DNA of 64,000 nucleotides, taken from the NCBI GenBank assembly GCA_041667205.1, contig JBAYFL010000015.1, positions 83,263 to 147,262 of the forward strand, written 5' to 3'. The stretch's first letter is position 1; the number at the start of each line of letters is the position of its first letter. The position numbers and the translations under genes were made by a program. The notes beneath the pieces were generated by a model. It had not been told where the DNA came from. It was given only the letters and a program-made list of their open reading frames with translations, and made no database searches. The stretch is from Verrucomicrobiia bacterium. GTDB taxonomy: Bacteria; Verrucomicrobiota; Verrucomicrobiia; CAIQCK01. Positions 37,299 through 47,379 of this stretch are shown piece by piece.

Positions 37299-39013
37299 GC
37301 CGCCACGTGGCGGTAAATCCGCACGAGCCGGCCTGAAAACGATAGCGGTGTTGGCGGCTGCGTCCGCTCTGGTGGAAAACTTGCCATCAACTCAAATTCT
37401 TTGGACGTCCCCGGCCTCGCGTGATCTTCAACACGCACGGCGAACTCGTGCGGCGCTTTTGGATTGCTCACCAGCCGCACGTGGCTGAAATCGAACGCCG
37501 GCATCTCGTAAGGCCCCGGCGATTTCGGCGTCGCCACAGCGCAGCCCGCCGGCAACTCGCGATTGATGAACTCGCCCGCATCGTCACGCGACGTAAGCGT
37601 GAAACTCACCAGATACACCGCCGTCGCGACAACACACGCCAGCGCTATGAGCACCGCCGCCCCGCCTCGTGCCCAACGCGGCCATGAACCGGTCAGCGCC
37701 GCCGCGATGAGCAAGCAGAGCAGCGGCAACACGACCATCGCAAACCGGATGCTCAACGCTTCGCCCGCGTCGGAGCCGGCCAGCCACGCACTCAACAACA
37801 GTCCCGCAGCCGTATAGCTCACCAGCGCGCGGCCCGCGGCAGACCCGGTCCACAGCGTCACCGCGCCGAACACCGCCGCGCCAATGCCGACCAGTCCGAG
37901 GGCGTTGGACAGCGGCCCGATGCAAAACATGAAAATGTTCTCCACACCCGCCAGCGGCGCGCGGAACTGCCGGAAGCGCGCCAATTCCTCGCACAAGACG
38001 TCGAAGTTGGTCCAGCAGTAAGGGTTTAACGCCAGGTAGAACGCCGACGCCATCAACAGCGCCAACCCCAGCGGTCGCGCGACTGTAACGCAGAGCTTCG
38101 CAAACAGGCTGAAGCCCGTCCTCCAACCGCCGGCCCGTTGGAGTTCAGGCTTCAGCCTACTCTCCGAGGCGTGCGCAGCGAACAACGCCACCGCCGGCAG
38201 CACGAGGAAGCTCAGCGCTGCGTTCAACGCGCATGCCGCCGCCGCTCCAGTCGCAGCTGCTGCGCCAAGCCAGCAACGCAGACTCGGCCCGTTTGCTGTT
38301 CGCCACGCCAGCCACGCCGCCAGCGTTCCGTAGAAAGTTGCCGGCAGATGCGGATTGATGACGTGCGAGAACGCAAGCGAAGGCTGCGACAGCAGCCACA
38401 GCAACGCCGCCACAATGCCGATCCATTTTGGATTTTGGATTTTGGATTTTGGAGTGTCGTTAGCGATGCCGCAGGCGAAGAGGAACAAAAGCACGCCGAT
38501 GCCGACGTTGTAGAGCACCATCAACAGGCGGCCGGCGACGTAGAGTCCGGCAATGTGCTTGGGATGATCGGCGTAGTGCGTGACGTCGCTCGCTATGTGA
38601 CCAAAGCCGAGCGCGTGCGCTATTGCCATCGCCGCACCAGTGCCATAAACGTGCAAGCCGCCGTATTCGACCATGCGCGGATTGAAGTCGAGCTGGCGCG
38701 GTCGCATGTTTGCCAGCGCCATCAGCGTCAGCGGCTCGTCCGGCGAATCGGAAAAGAGCAGGTAGCGCCGCACCAGCCGCGGCAGATCGAACTGCTCCTC
38801 CGCCGGCTGCGTCGAGAGGATGGCGGCCTGACTTCGGCGAGCATCCAATTCGCGCGAAGTCCGCGTGCTGAGTTCGGCGCGAGCTTTCGTCAGGCTTTCG
38901 CCGAGCAACGCCGCGCGCCGTGCCGACGGCAGACCCCAACCGATGCCGGTGAGGCCGAGCGTCAAGCCGATGACGGCGATGGCGATGAGGCTAAGCCAGT
39001 TTCTTGTCTTCAT
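37289..39013 (-). CDS. Polytopic membrane protein, GT-C-fold glycosyltransferase-like (GT39/ArnT-like), function unknown
   Basis: At least 12 predicted TM helices with long loops. No confident motif. It overlaps the upstream GT-C-like gene by 23 bp and contains a (CCAAAAT)x4 repeat in a coding loop. Confidence 0.4.
   Translation of the reverse strand: MKTRNWLSLIAIAVIGLTLGLTGIGWGLPSARRAALLGESLTKARAELSTRTSRELDARRSQAAILSTQPAEEQFDLPRLVRRYLLFSDSPDEPLTLMALANMRPRQLDFNPRMVEYGGLHVYGTGAAMAIAHALGFGHIASDVTHYADHPKHIAGLYVAGRLLMVLYNVGIGVLLFLFACGIANDTPKSKIQNPKWIGIVAALLWLLSQPSLAFSHVINPHLPATFYGTLAAWLAWRTANGPSLRCWLGAAAATGAAAACALNAALSFLVLPAVALFAAHASESRLKPELQRAGGWRTGFSLFAKLCVTVARPLGLALLMASAFYLALNPYCWTNFDVLCEELARFRQFRAPLAGVENIFMFCIGPLSNALGLVGIGAAVFGAVTLWTGSAAGRALVSYTAAGLLLSAWLAGSDAGEALSIRFAMVVLPLLCLLIAAALTGSWPRWARGGAAVLIALACVVATAVYLVSFTLTSRDDAGEFINRELPAGCAVATPKSPGPYEMPAFDFSHVRLVSNPKAPHEFAVRVEDHARPGTSKEFELMASFPPERTQPPTPLSFSGRLVRIYRHVAAHQ
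38415..38442. repeat. (ATTTTGG)x4 perfect heptanucleotide tandem repeat inside the CDS 37289-39013 (coding strand CCAAAAT, encodes SKIQNPKW)
   Basis: Direct reading: ccATTTTGGATTTTGGATTTTGGATTTTGGagtg. The local sequence is AT-rich relative to the gene. Confidence 0.9.
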
Positions 39014-40076
39014 AACGAAACGCCGCGGCGGCCATCACGCAAATATACGGCATCACCGGCAGCGCGAAGCGCACGTCGGCGATGACAAGCGCATGGAGCG
39101 CCCACGTGTAAAGCACAACGGTGAGCAGTTCGGCCGGCGGCCGGCGTCGCACCGCGCCGGTTACCGCGAGGCCGAGGTAAACCAGTTGCAGCAGCGCCAC
39201 TGCCCACCACACTCGGCCGGAGGCGTTGACGAACCAGAACATCACAGCCTTGCGCGCACACATCAGCAGCGCGTGAGCCGGCTCGGCGACGATGTTTTGC
39301 AGCGTGAGCCGGTAAAACAGCCGGTCGAGTTGGACGGGATTCAGGTCGGCGTGCTCGCCGCGGATGCGGTCGAGTTCGGCCTGCCAGAGCGGCTTGTTGG
39401 TTTCCCAATCGCCGCGCGTTGGCCACCAGTTGGTGACGTAGGCGGTGAACCCGCCGCGCTCGGTCGCCACCGGTAACAGTTCGCTAGTGACAACATAGTT
39501 GCGGATCGTCCACGGCGAGATGACGGCGAGCATCACAGCCAGTGTCACCAGAAAGGCCTTTCGTGGCGGTGCCCACCACCGTCGCAGCAGCGGCAGCAGC
39601 AAGTAGCTTGGTTTGCAGAGGTTGATCACCGCCAGCCCGACGCCGGAAGCCACGGGCCGCTGCCAGCACCAGACCGTCACCGCCAGCACCAGCGTCAACG
39701 CGATTTCCTTGTTCATGAATGCGACGCGCCACCACGCCAGCGGATAAACCGCGTAGAGCCACGCGGCAACCAGCGCCGGCTTTTCGCCCCACAGTCGCCG
39801 GCCCAGCAGGAACACCAGCCAAACCGTGCCACAATCCATCATTGCCTGCGCCAGCCGCACCGCCGTCAGCGAGCCGCCGCACGCTGCCACAAAAAGCGGA
39901 TAAGCCGGGCCGCGCTCCACATCGCGCCATTCGCCGCGCCAGATGCTTTGTGCGATGGCGGTGTAGTTGTCGGCGTCGAAGCGCAGCGGCAGATGCGGCT
40001 CGATGGCGGGCAGCACTGCGAAAACAAAACCGAGCCGCAATGCCAGCGCGGTCAGTAGTAAAACAGTCAGTCGCAC
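38991..40076 (-). CDS. GT-C-fold membrane glycosyltransferase-like protein (GT39/GT83 ArnT-like N-terminal architecture)
   Basis: N-terminal TM followed by DADNY (a DExY-like motif of ArnT/PMT-type enzymes). About 9 TM helices. Confidence 0.45.
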   Translation of the reverse strand: MRLTVLLLTALALRLGFVFAVLPAIEPHLPLRFDADNYTAIAQSIWRGEWRDVERGPAYPLFVAACGGSLTAVRLAQAMMDCGTVWLVFLLGRRLWGEKPALVAAWLYAVYPLAWWRVAFMNKEIALTLVLAVTVWCWQRPVASGVGLAVINLCKPSYLLLPLLRRWWAPPRKAFLVTLAVMLAVISPWTIRNYVVTSELLPVATERGGFTAYVTNWWPTRGDWETNKPLWQAELDRIRGEHADLNPVQLDRLFYRLTLQNIVAEPAHALLMCARKAVMFWFVNASGRVWWAVALLQLVYLGLAVTGAVRRRPPAELLTVVLYTWALHALVIADVRFALPVMPYICVMAAAAFRYEDKKLA

Positions 40077-40133
40077 GGCCGCAGCGTAGCGGGAGAAGAC
40101 GCCGCGCGCAATCGCTTCGTCCCGGCTTTCGCC

Positions 40134-43100
40134 CTACGGCGCGCGGTTGGCTGGCTCGGATGCAGGCGGAAGTGTCTCGCGCAGTTCCGAGAGCAGACCG
40201 ATGAAGTGCGGCGCGACGCGGATGAACTGGCTGAAGCTCTTGCCCATGCCACTCATCGCGCCAATGGCCGGGTCGGTGCCTTTCTGAAGATGCAGCGCCA
40301 GTTTTGCGTCCGGCTTTCCTGCCTTCTGGCTGAGCCGATACGCGTAGCTGATGCCATCGAAAAGCAGGAAGTTCGACCACGGTCCCTTCGACGAGACTGG
40401 GCAACTCGTGTAGCGGAACCCGCCGACGCTTTCTTCCCACATGTCATCAATCAGGAAATGCGCGCCCATCGTGATGCTCCGGGCCACGCGCGGGTCGGCG
40501 GTTTCGAGGTGATACCACTTCAAGCCCGTCAGGAGCACGCCGACCATGAAGCCGGCGTTGCCGTAGTGCGCCGGCTCGCACAGGCAATGGCCCGGCACCA
40601 TCATCCGCCGCCAACCGCCGCCTTTCGTGTTGAACTTCGGCTTCGGCGTCTGCCGCTCCAGCACGCGCTCGACCATGATCCGCGCCGCGTTGAGGTAGAA
40701 CGGGTCGCCCGTCGCGCGATAGACCGCCATCGTCAGGATGAGGTGCCAGCCGGAGTCGCGGCAGTTGGAGAAATCGTAATTCATCATCCGCCAGAAGCCG
40801 TAGTGGTCGGCGATCTTCAGCCCTGTCTCCAGCGAACGCTGGTCGCCCGTGAGGAAGTAATGCTCCATGTGTCCCTCGCACCACGTGTGCGACACCGTGA
40901 AGCCGCCGCGCGCGGTGCCTTGGTTGCGGCCGGGCAGCGGACTCTTGCCTAGATAGTCGCCGACGTGGCCGATGCAGTGCGCATAAACGCAGCCGACGCG
41001 CTCTGGCTTGGCGTGATAGTGGACCGTGTCCACGTCGCGGTTGTGCGTCTCGGCCTCGTCGCCCGCCTGCAGGAACCGCCGGTCTCCGCTGCGCGCAAAC
41101 TGGAGGAAAAACGCGTGCTGCGTGTCGTATTCGATGTTGCCCCAGTTGATGATGCGCTCGCCCCACCAATCGCCGAAGTTGAACTGGCCGAACTCGCGGT
41201 TGCGCTCGCGGTTTTTGAGATAAGCGTCGAGCGTGTCGGTCACCTTCTTGTCATAGTCGCCCACGACGGCGCGCTGCGCATCAGCCACCGTCAGTTCGCC
41301 AAACGCGCCCGAGTCGGCATACCACTTCGGCGGCGCGGCGGCGAACAGCGGCCGGTCCAGCGGCGGCGTGCTGCCGTCAAGGCCGAGCCAAACCTCGTGG
41401 GTCTTGGTCATGCCCTGCCTGAGCTTGTAGCCGCCGGCGTCGAACCAATAGTAAAGCTTGTGCCAGTCGTGGTTCTTCTTGTTCGACAAATCATACTCGT
41501 CGGCCTTCAGCCGCGGCATCAGCCAGAACGTTGCGCCGCCTGGGCCGACTTCGAGGTCCTTCGGATAGTTCTGCCAAAAGTCGCGCGCGAACACCGGCCC
41601 GACCGCGCCGCTGAAACGCTTGCCACCACCGTCGCTGGACTCGAAACGGTCGTCGGTGTGCTGCCGCACAAAGCGCGCCGGGCCGTGCGCCTTTGGCAGC
41701 CGCCACGCGAGGCTGCGGATGGTCGTGAGCTCGTTCGTGGACTCCGCGTGGCCGACCGTAAGCAACACGCGCGCCCACGGCAGGCCGGGATAGACATGCA
41801 CACGTGCGTCGTAGGCAAACGCCGACTCACCGAGCTTTTCCGCCGCGTGCAGGCCGCGACGCAATCCACCGCCGTCTTCTTGCGCCAGACCGGCGATGCA
41901 TGCTTTGTGTTCCTTGCCCGACGCGTCGGCGAGGAGCAACTCCCCGCAATCCGGCGTCGTTGCCTCCCGCTTCGGCTCGTGGTGCGAGGCTTTCGGCCCG
42001 AACTCCAGCGTGTAATCCGCCGCGCCGCCGCTGTGGCGGAAGTCGAGCAACACCCACTTCGCGCTGCCGTCGGCCCAGCGGCCAGTCACCGCCGCTTGCA
42101 GCGGCACGACTCCGCCCTTCGCGTCGAGCAACTGGACGTTGCGCGTCGAACCGAGCGCGCCTTTCGGGAACGGCACGCCGCTCGTCACCGGCCAGTCGCG
42201 CAGCTTGTCGGCGACATCCGACGGCGGCTCCACGCGCAGTGTCACGCGACCGCTCTGCTTCGTCCGCGGCTCGTCGAACGGCTTCCACATCAGCTTGCGC
42301 CAAGCCGTGGCGATCTCGCGTCCGTCGCGAGTCACCGCCGTGATGCGATAGCGCGCCGAATCGCCGGGTTTCATGCCCGACAGCGCCACGCGATGGTTCT
42401 GCGTCGCCAGCGGTTCGACGATCTTCTGGCCGTCGCCAAGCTCCACGGTGCATTGCGTCGCCCACGTTGTGATCCAAGTCAGCCGGTTCTCTGTCGCTGC
42501 AATTTCGCGGAACTCGTAAAGCGGCGGGCGCGCGGCAGGCTTATTGCGCAGTAGCAATAAGTCCTCGGTGCGGTAGGAAGTTCCGACGCCGAGCGCGCGG
42601 AGTTGGATGGTGTCGCCGGGCTTTAGCTCGACCGGCTCGGCGAGGAAGAAGAGATGCTGGTTGTTGTCGTCGAGATCGGCCACCGCCACGCCGCGGCGCT
42701 TGCCGTTGACGAGGACGGCGATCCGCTCGCTGCCGGCGCTGTCGTAGAAGATGAAGCCGACGTGGAACCGGCCCGACGCGCCCGACGGCACGGTGGCGGT
42801 GATGGTGCCCGTGCCCGGCCCGCGCAACGCGCAGTCGGCGCGATATTCGCTGTGGTCGAAGCGGAAGCCGTCGAGTTTGCAGTCGCGAATCCAGATCGGG
42901 ATGTTCTTCGGGTCGTCAACGAGCGCGGTGATGCGTTCCAAGCCCCATGTCTGCTCGACACCGACGCTCGCGGTGAGGTCGCTGTCGAGCTGGAGCTTCG
43001 GCCGCTTACTGATCGGCGGCCCTTTCGCCTCGAAGTAGCCCGTCCCGTCCACGCCACGATGCGGCTGACTGGTCTCTGAAAGCACGCTCAGCCGGAAATG

Positions 43101-43631
43101 CGACGCGCCGTCGCGTTGCGCGGGGTCCACGTCGTAGCTGATGAACGCGCTGCCGCCCGCCACCGCCACGCGCGGCGGCGGGGCGATGCGCGTTTTGCCG
43201 TCGGGTGTGTAGGCGGTGATACCCGGCAGACCCTCGGAGCAGTGCAGCATGAACTCGCAACCGTGGCCCGGCTGGCGGCCGGTTGTCAGGTTGTCGTCGG
43301 CATCGAGATAGAGCAACAGGCTAGAGTTCTCGGCCGAATATGGCGCGAGGAAATCCACGCGCCAGATGAAGCGATTGCCGGCCGCATTGGCGAGCGCGAC
43401 GCGCTTGATGGTGCGCGCCGGATCGGCGGGCGGCTTGGCAGCCTTCGCTGCCGGTCGTTCCCAGATTGTGACGAAGCTTTCCTTCGCCTGCGGATCGCAA
43501 CCCAGTGCGGTCTTTGCCTCGGCGGGAATGGTGTCCTGATTCGTGTCTTGTGCCGAGGCGAGAGCAAGCGCGCAAACGGCTCCTGCGAGAAGGCTGTGTT
43601 TTATGCGGGAGGGCTTCAATCGTGGTTTCAT
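40134..43631 (-). CDS. Very large (1165 aa) exported hypothetical protein, probably polysaccharide-active (sits in the sulfatase/CAZyme locus)
   Basis: Signal peptide. No confident family. Context only. Confidence 0.4.
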   Translation of the reverse strand: MKPRLKPSRIKHSLLAGAVCALALASAQDTNQDTIPAEAKTALGCDPQAKESFVTIWERPAAKAAKPPADPARTIKRVALANAAGNRFIWRVDFLAPYSAENSSLLLYLDADDNLTTGRQPGHGCEFMLHCSEGLPGITAYTPDGKTRIAPPPRVAVAGGSAFISYDVDPAQRDGASHFRLSVLSETSQPHRGVDGTGYFEAKGPPISKRPKLQLDSDLTASVGVEQTWGLERITALVDDPKNIPIWIRDCKLDGFRFDHSEYRADCALRGPGTGTITATVPSGASGRFHVGFIFYDSAGSERIAVLVNGKRRGVAVADLDDNNQHLFFLAEPVELKPGDTIQLRALGVGTSYRTEDLLLLRNKPAARPPLYEFREIAATENRLTWITTWATQCTVELGDGQKIVEPLATQNHRVALSGMKPGDSARYRITAVTRDGREIATAWRKLMWKPFDEPRTKQSGRVTLRVEPPSDVADKLRDWPVTSGVPFPKGALGSTRNVQLLDAKGGVVPLQAAVTGRWADGSAKWVLLDFRHSGGAADYTLEFGPKASHHEPKREATTPDCGELLLADASGKEHKACIAGLAQEDGGGLRRGLHAAEKLGESAFAYDARVHVYPGLPWARVLLTVGHAESTNELTTIRSLAWRLPKAHGPARFVRQHTDDRFESSDGGGKRFSGAVGPVFARDFWQNYPKDLEVGPGGATFWLMPRLKADEYDLSNKKNHDWHKLYYWFDAGGYKLRQGMTKTHEVWLGLDGSTPPLDRPLFAAAPPKWYADSGAFGELTVADAQRAVVGDYDKKVTDTLDAYLKNRERNREFGQFNFGDWWGERIINWGNIEYDTQHAFFLQFARSGDRRFLQAGDEAETHNRDVDTVHYHAKPERVGCVYAHCIGHVGDYLGKSPLPGRNQGTARGGFTVSHTWCEGHMEHYFLTGDQRSLETGLKIADHYGFWRMMNYDFSNCRDSGWHLILTMAVYRATGDPFYLNAARIMVERVLERQTPKPKFNTKGGGWRRMMVPGHCLCEPAHYGNAGFMVGVLLTGLKWYHLETADPRVARSITMGAHFLIDDMWEESVGGFRYTSCPVSSKGPWSNFLLFDGISYAYRLSQKAGKPDAKLALHLQKGTDPAIGAMSGMGKSFSQFIRVAPHFIGLLSELRETLPPASEPANRAP

Positions 43632-43760
43632 TGTGTCGCCTTTCTTAAGCTCCGACCTGCGGAGCCATTCCTACCACGGCAGAAGGCCCGACGGCAAACC
43701 TGGCCTTGCGCGACGATCAGCGAAACAAACTGCGAACCAGAACGTGATCTTCTTGCTGCG

Positions 43761-45581
43761 TTACTTCCACTCGCCTGTGTTCGCTTGGAACAGGCGTTTG
43801 CCGGCGCTTTTCGCTCGCATCGTGATCTCGGACAACTGCACGCCCAGTGTGCGGTCGTCGTTGGAGGCGGGATTGAGGCGAGCCGGGATCCAGCCTGCGC
43901 AAACGACTTTTAGCGTGAGGTGGTCGGCGCTCGTCGGCGGCAGTTCGGCGGTCAGGTTCGTTGCGCCGGCCTTGAACGACGCGACTCGTTTGCCATCCAG
44001 ATAGAGTCCCGCGCCCGGCGAAACGGCGGCCTTTGGGACGTGCAGCTTGAGTGTCAGCGTATATGGATCGCCGGGAATGACCGGCAGTCTCAACAGCGAC
44101 TCCGCGGTGGACCAGCGCATGGCGCGCTCGCGCCCATGCCAACCACGCAGGTATCGGCCGTCGCCCTCCGCGCCGACAGCCACGCAGTAATTCTTTCTAG
44201 CCTCAGCCGTCCACTCCGCCGGCGAGGATTCATTGGCGGACAGTTGCGTTCGCTTACCGGCGTGATTCTCCGCCTCGAATCCGCCCGACGCTTGGTTCCC
44301 GATCAACAGCGCCGACGCGACCAGCTTGGCGACCTGCACGTGTGGTCCTTCCTGGTCAAAAGTGCAGCCTTGGACGATGGCGCGGCCGGCGTCGAGTTGG
44401 ATGGCGGGCGAACCAGCACCTCGGACATCCCAGTTCACGAAGTTGCACGCGCTTGCGGTAAACTGTCCCGACGGACTGCGCATCCAGACGCAGCGGTCAA
44501 TCGGCCCCCAGAAGGAGCAGTTGACCAGACTGACCTTGCCGACTGCGTTCGTTCCGATCTCCAGGCACACGGCGTCCTTGCTGCCCCAGCGGCCGACGAA
44601 CTCGCCATTGGTGATCAGCAGGCCGGGACGCTGCGCTTGTTCGACGACCACCGCGCGCTGGCACGAATCGGCGCCCAAGCCGAGGAAGTTGCCGTTCGCG
44701 CTGCCCGCCTTCGTTTCGGAGAACTTGTAGCCGATGCCGTAGCCGAAGCAAAAGGTGTTGAAGACGTAGTGCCAGTCGGTGCGAGCGAGTTCGAATGCGA
44801 CGCCTTGCGTGTTGATCCACTTGCAGTAGGGGTCATCGTGTTTGTAGTGAACGCCGAAGGGCCAGAAGTGGACGTTCTCGATGCGGCCGATGTCGTAGCA
44901 CTCGTCCACATAGATGCCACGCTTGATGGGATAGCCGGTGACGTTGCGCACCAAATGACGGGCTGCATGCACCAGCTTGATGCCCTCGTAGGGGTTGAGG
45001 AGGAGACAGTTCTCAATGCCCACGTTTTCCGCATGCTGAGCCAGCACGCATGGCGGATAGGGAACGGGCGGCACGTCCGTCTGCTTCCACTCCGGATAAG
45101 CGACGACCAATCCGGCGATGGCGGCGTTGCTGCCCGCCAATCGGATGAACGGTGCGCCTTGTTCCTGTCCGCGCCCCGCATAGGCCAACAGCACCGAACC
45201 GCTGAGTTCGCGCGCTTTGTTGCGCTGGAGGGTCGGCGGCACGCGGAAGACCCCTTGGAGCGTTACTCCCGCCGGGACTGACAACGTTCCCTTGATCACA
45301 TATCGGCCGGCCGGCACGTCCACGACACCGCCGCCGGCGCGGCCCGCGTCATCTAGTAATCGCTGGAACACCACCGTGTGGTCGGTCTTGCCGTCACCGA
45401 CAGCGCCGGCGTCTTTCACGTTCCAACGCGTGGGGATCGGTGCGGGAGCCTGTTCTCCGGCGAACGCTTTGCACACGACAACCATCAGGAAGGTTGCAAC
45501 GCACAACAGGGAACCTCCGAAAATCTCTTTATGAAGCGGGGTTGATTGTTGAAGTTTGGTTTTCGATGCGACCGGTTTCAT
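43761..45581 (-). CDS. Right-handed beta-helix protein of the pectate-lyase superfamily (GH28/Pectate_lyase_3-like) with C-terminal beta-sandwich domain
   Basis: The N-terminal WNVKDAGAVGDGKTDHTVVFQRLLDDA block is typical of the Pectate_lyase_3 / rhamnogalacturonase-type beta-helix. Confidence 0.55.
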   Translation of the reverse strand: MKPVASKTKLQQSTPLHKEIFGGSLLCVATFLMVVVCKAFAGEQAPAPIPTRWNVKDAGAVGDGKTDHTVVFQRLLDDAGRAGGGVVDVPAGRYVIKGTLSVPAGVTLQGVFRVPPTLQRNKARELSGSVLLAYAGRGQEQGAPFIRLAGSNAAIAGLVVAYPEWKQTDVPPVPYPPCVLAQHAENVGIENCLLLNPYEGIKLVHAARHLVRNVTGYPIKRGIYVDECYDIGRIENVHFWPFGVHYKHDDPYCKWINTQGVAFELARTDWHYVFNTFCFGYGIGYKFSETKAGSANGNFLGLGADSCQRAVVVEQAQRPGLLITNGEFVGRWGSKDAVCLEIGTNAVGKVSLVNCSFWGPIDRCVWMRSPSGQFTASACNFVNWDVRGAGSPAIQLDAGRAIVQGCTFDQEGPHVQVAKLVASALLIGNQASGGFEAENHAGKRTQLSANESSPAEWTAEARKNYCVAVGAEGDGRYLRGWHGRERAMRWSTAESLLRLPVIPGDPYTLTLKLHVPKAAVSPGAGLYLDGKRVASFKAGATNLTAELPPTSADHLTLKVVCAGWIPARLNPASNDDRTLGVQLSEITMRAKSAGKRLFQANTGEWK

Positions 45582-45762
45582 GGCTGTGATAGTTTCTTAT
45601 TTGCTGGATTGTCCGCGCGTTCTTGCATTGATCTTCACTGCTCCGGTTTGTGGCAATGAAAACACGTTTTTCATTAACTTGCCCAAGGAAATCTCGCCGG
45701 TGCATGGTTGGTTGTGTCTCCGCTTGCTGATGACCAATTCAGAGTCTCTTCAATGGGGCTGC

Positions 45763-47349
45763 TCACCGGTCTTCAATTCGAAGCTTCACGGGCATGTCGT
45801 TCTTCTGTGGATCGCCGGGCGTGCTGCGGCCGCGGGTAATGTGCTGTCGAAGTCGCTTAAGCAGTGCATCAACCACGTCGGGATGTTGCGCCTGCACATT
45901 GACGGTCTCTCCCGGATCGTTCTCGATGTTATACAACTGTATTGGCGGAAGCCCTTTGACTGCAGCTTCCGAGTCCGATGTGTCTTGTGGGACGCCTTTC
46001 TCCCAACACCACCGCCGGCTGACTCCGTCGCCGGCACAGACCGACAGCTTCCAAGGGCCTTTTCGGATGGCCAGCACGTCGGCGAAGTAACTCTGATGCA
46101 CGAGATCCTCGCGCACCGCCACGTCCCTGCCTTGGAGCAACGGCAAGAGGCTGACGCTGTCCTCGCCGGCGTTCTCCGGCAGTTTGGCTCCCACTATGTT
46201 CGCGCAGGTGGCCATCCAATCGCTCAAACAAACAACCTGCTTGGATCGGCTGCCGGGCTTGATCGTGCCCGGCCAGCGCACCACCAGGGGCACGCGGTGC
46301 CCGCCGTCGGAGATGTCGCACTTGTAGCCACGATATGGCCCGCCTACCCGGTGCCCGGCCTTCTGAAACGGCATGATGCCCGTATAGCCGCAGTGCCCGT
46401 TGTCGGAAGTGAACACGAGCAGCGTGTTCTCCGCTACGCCGTGCTTTTCGAGCGCCTCCATGACGCGGCCCACGGCGGCGTCCGTCTCGATGATGAAATC
46501 GGCTACGTCACTAATGCCGCTCTTGCCGCGAAAGGGTTTGGACGGAACGATCGGCTCGTGCGGCGACGTCAGCGAGAAATAGAGAAAGAACGGGGCGCGC
46601 GTCTTGGCCTGCCGGGCGATGCACTCTTCCGCATGCTCGACGAGTGTGGGTAGGATGCGGTCGAATTCCCAGCCGGGCGCCATCGGGCCTGGCGGCCCCG
46701 AGTGCATGAGGTCGTTGATTGTCCTTCGATCCGTCGGCGCGGCGACCATCCTGTCGTTTCTGATGAACGTGTAGGGCGGTAAATTGGGCAGGTCCACGCC
46801 GAAGTATTCGTTGAAACCTCGCGTCACCGGCCCCTCGGCAATCGGCAGGTCGAACACCGGTTCACCCTTGCGCTCAATCAGGAATTCATCCTTTGGGGCG
46901 CGTATGATCGAGCCGTTCGGCTGGCGCAGTGGCCAGTTCCACCCCAGATGCCATTTGCCAATGCAAGCTGTGTGATAGCCGTGCTGCTTGAGCACCCCCG
47001 GCAGTGTGAGACGATGGGCGGCAATCAGCGGAGAGCCGTAACCACGCACCACGTGCTCGCGAAGCGGCGAGCGCCAGCAGAAACGGCCGGTAAGCAGACT
47101 ATAGCGGCTCGGCGTGCAGAGCGCCGCGCCGGCATGGGCGTCGGTGAAGAGCATCCCCTCGCGCGCCAGGCGATCCACGTTCGGCGTGGGCACCTTGGCG
47201 TGCTGCGGATCCATGCACCGCACGTCACCATAGCCTAGGTCATCGGCAAGGATAACGACGATGTTCGGCCCGGCTGCTGCCGCGAACACCTCGCCAACGA
47301 CAGAAACCGCAAGGATTGTCGAACACAGTAGCGTTTTCGTGGAACGCAT
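45763..47349 (-). CDS. Sulfatase (formylglycine-dependent, Cys-type)
   Basis: Signal peptide. IVVILADDLGYGD, the CTPSRYSLLTGRF active-site motif, and GKWHLGW. Confidence 0.85.
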   Translation of the reverse strand: MRSTKTLLCSTILAVSVVGEVFAAAAGPNIVVILADDLGYGDVRCMDPQHAKVPTPNVDRLAREGMLFTDAHAGAALCTPSRYSLLTGRFCWRSPLREHVVRGYGSPLIAAHRLTLPGVLKQHGYHTACIGKWHLGWNWPLRQPNGSIIRAPKDEFLIERKGEPVFDLPIAEGPVTRGFNEYFGVDLPNLPPYTFIRNDRMVAAPTDRRTINDLMHSGPPGPMAPGWEFDRILPTLVEHAEECIARQAKTRAPFFLYFSLTSPHEPIVPSKPFRGKSGISDVADFIIETDAAVGRVMEALEKHGVAENTLLVFTSDNGHCGYTGIMPFQKAGHRVGGPYRGYKCDISDGGHRVPLVVRWPGTIKPGSRSKQVVCLSDWMATCANIVGAKLPENAGEDSVSLLPLLQGRDVAVREDLVHQSYFADVLAIRKGPWKLSVCAGDGVSRRWCWEKGVPQDTSDSEAAVKGLPPIQLYNIENDPGETVNVQAQHPDVVDALLKRLRQHITRGRSTPGDPQKNDMPVKLRIEDR

Positions 47350-47379
47350 GGGCCGGGTTTCCGGGCGTCTGCCAACGAC

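Noticed and set aside
37289-40076. Possibility that the two GT-C-like membrane ORFs are one gene broken by a frameshift
   Set aside because: The downstream ORF begins with its own Met plus N-terminal TM helix exactly at a 23-bp overlap (ATGAAGACAAGAAACTGGCTTAG), which is typical of translational coupling. This is left as two genes, though it could not be excluded without orthologs.
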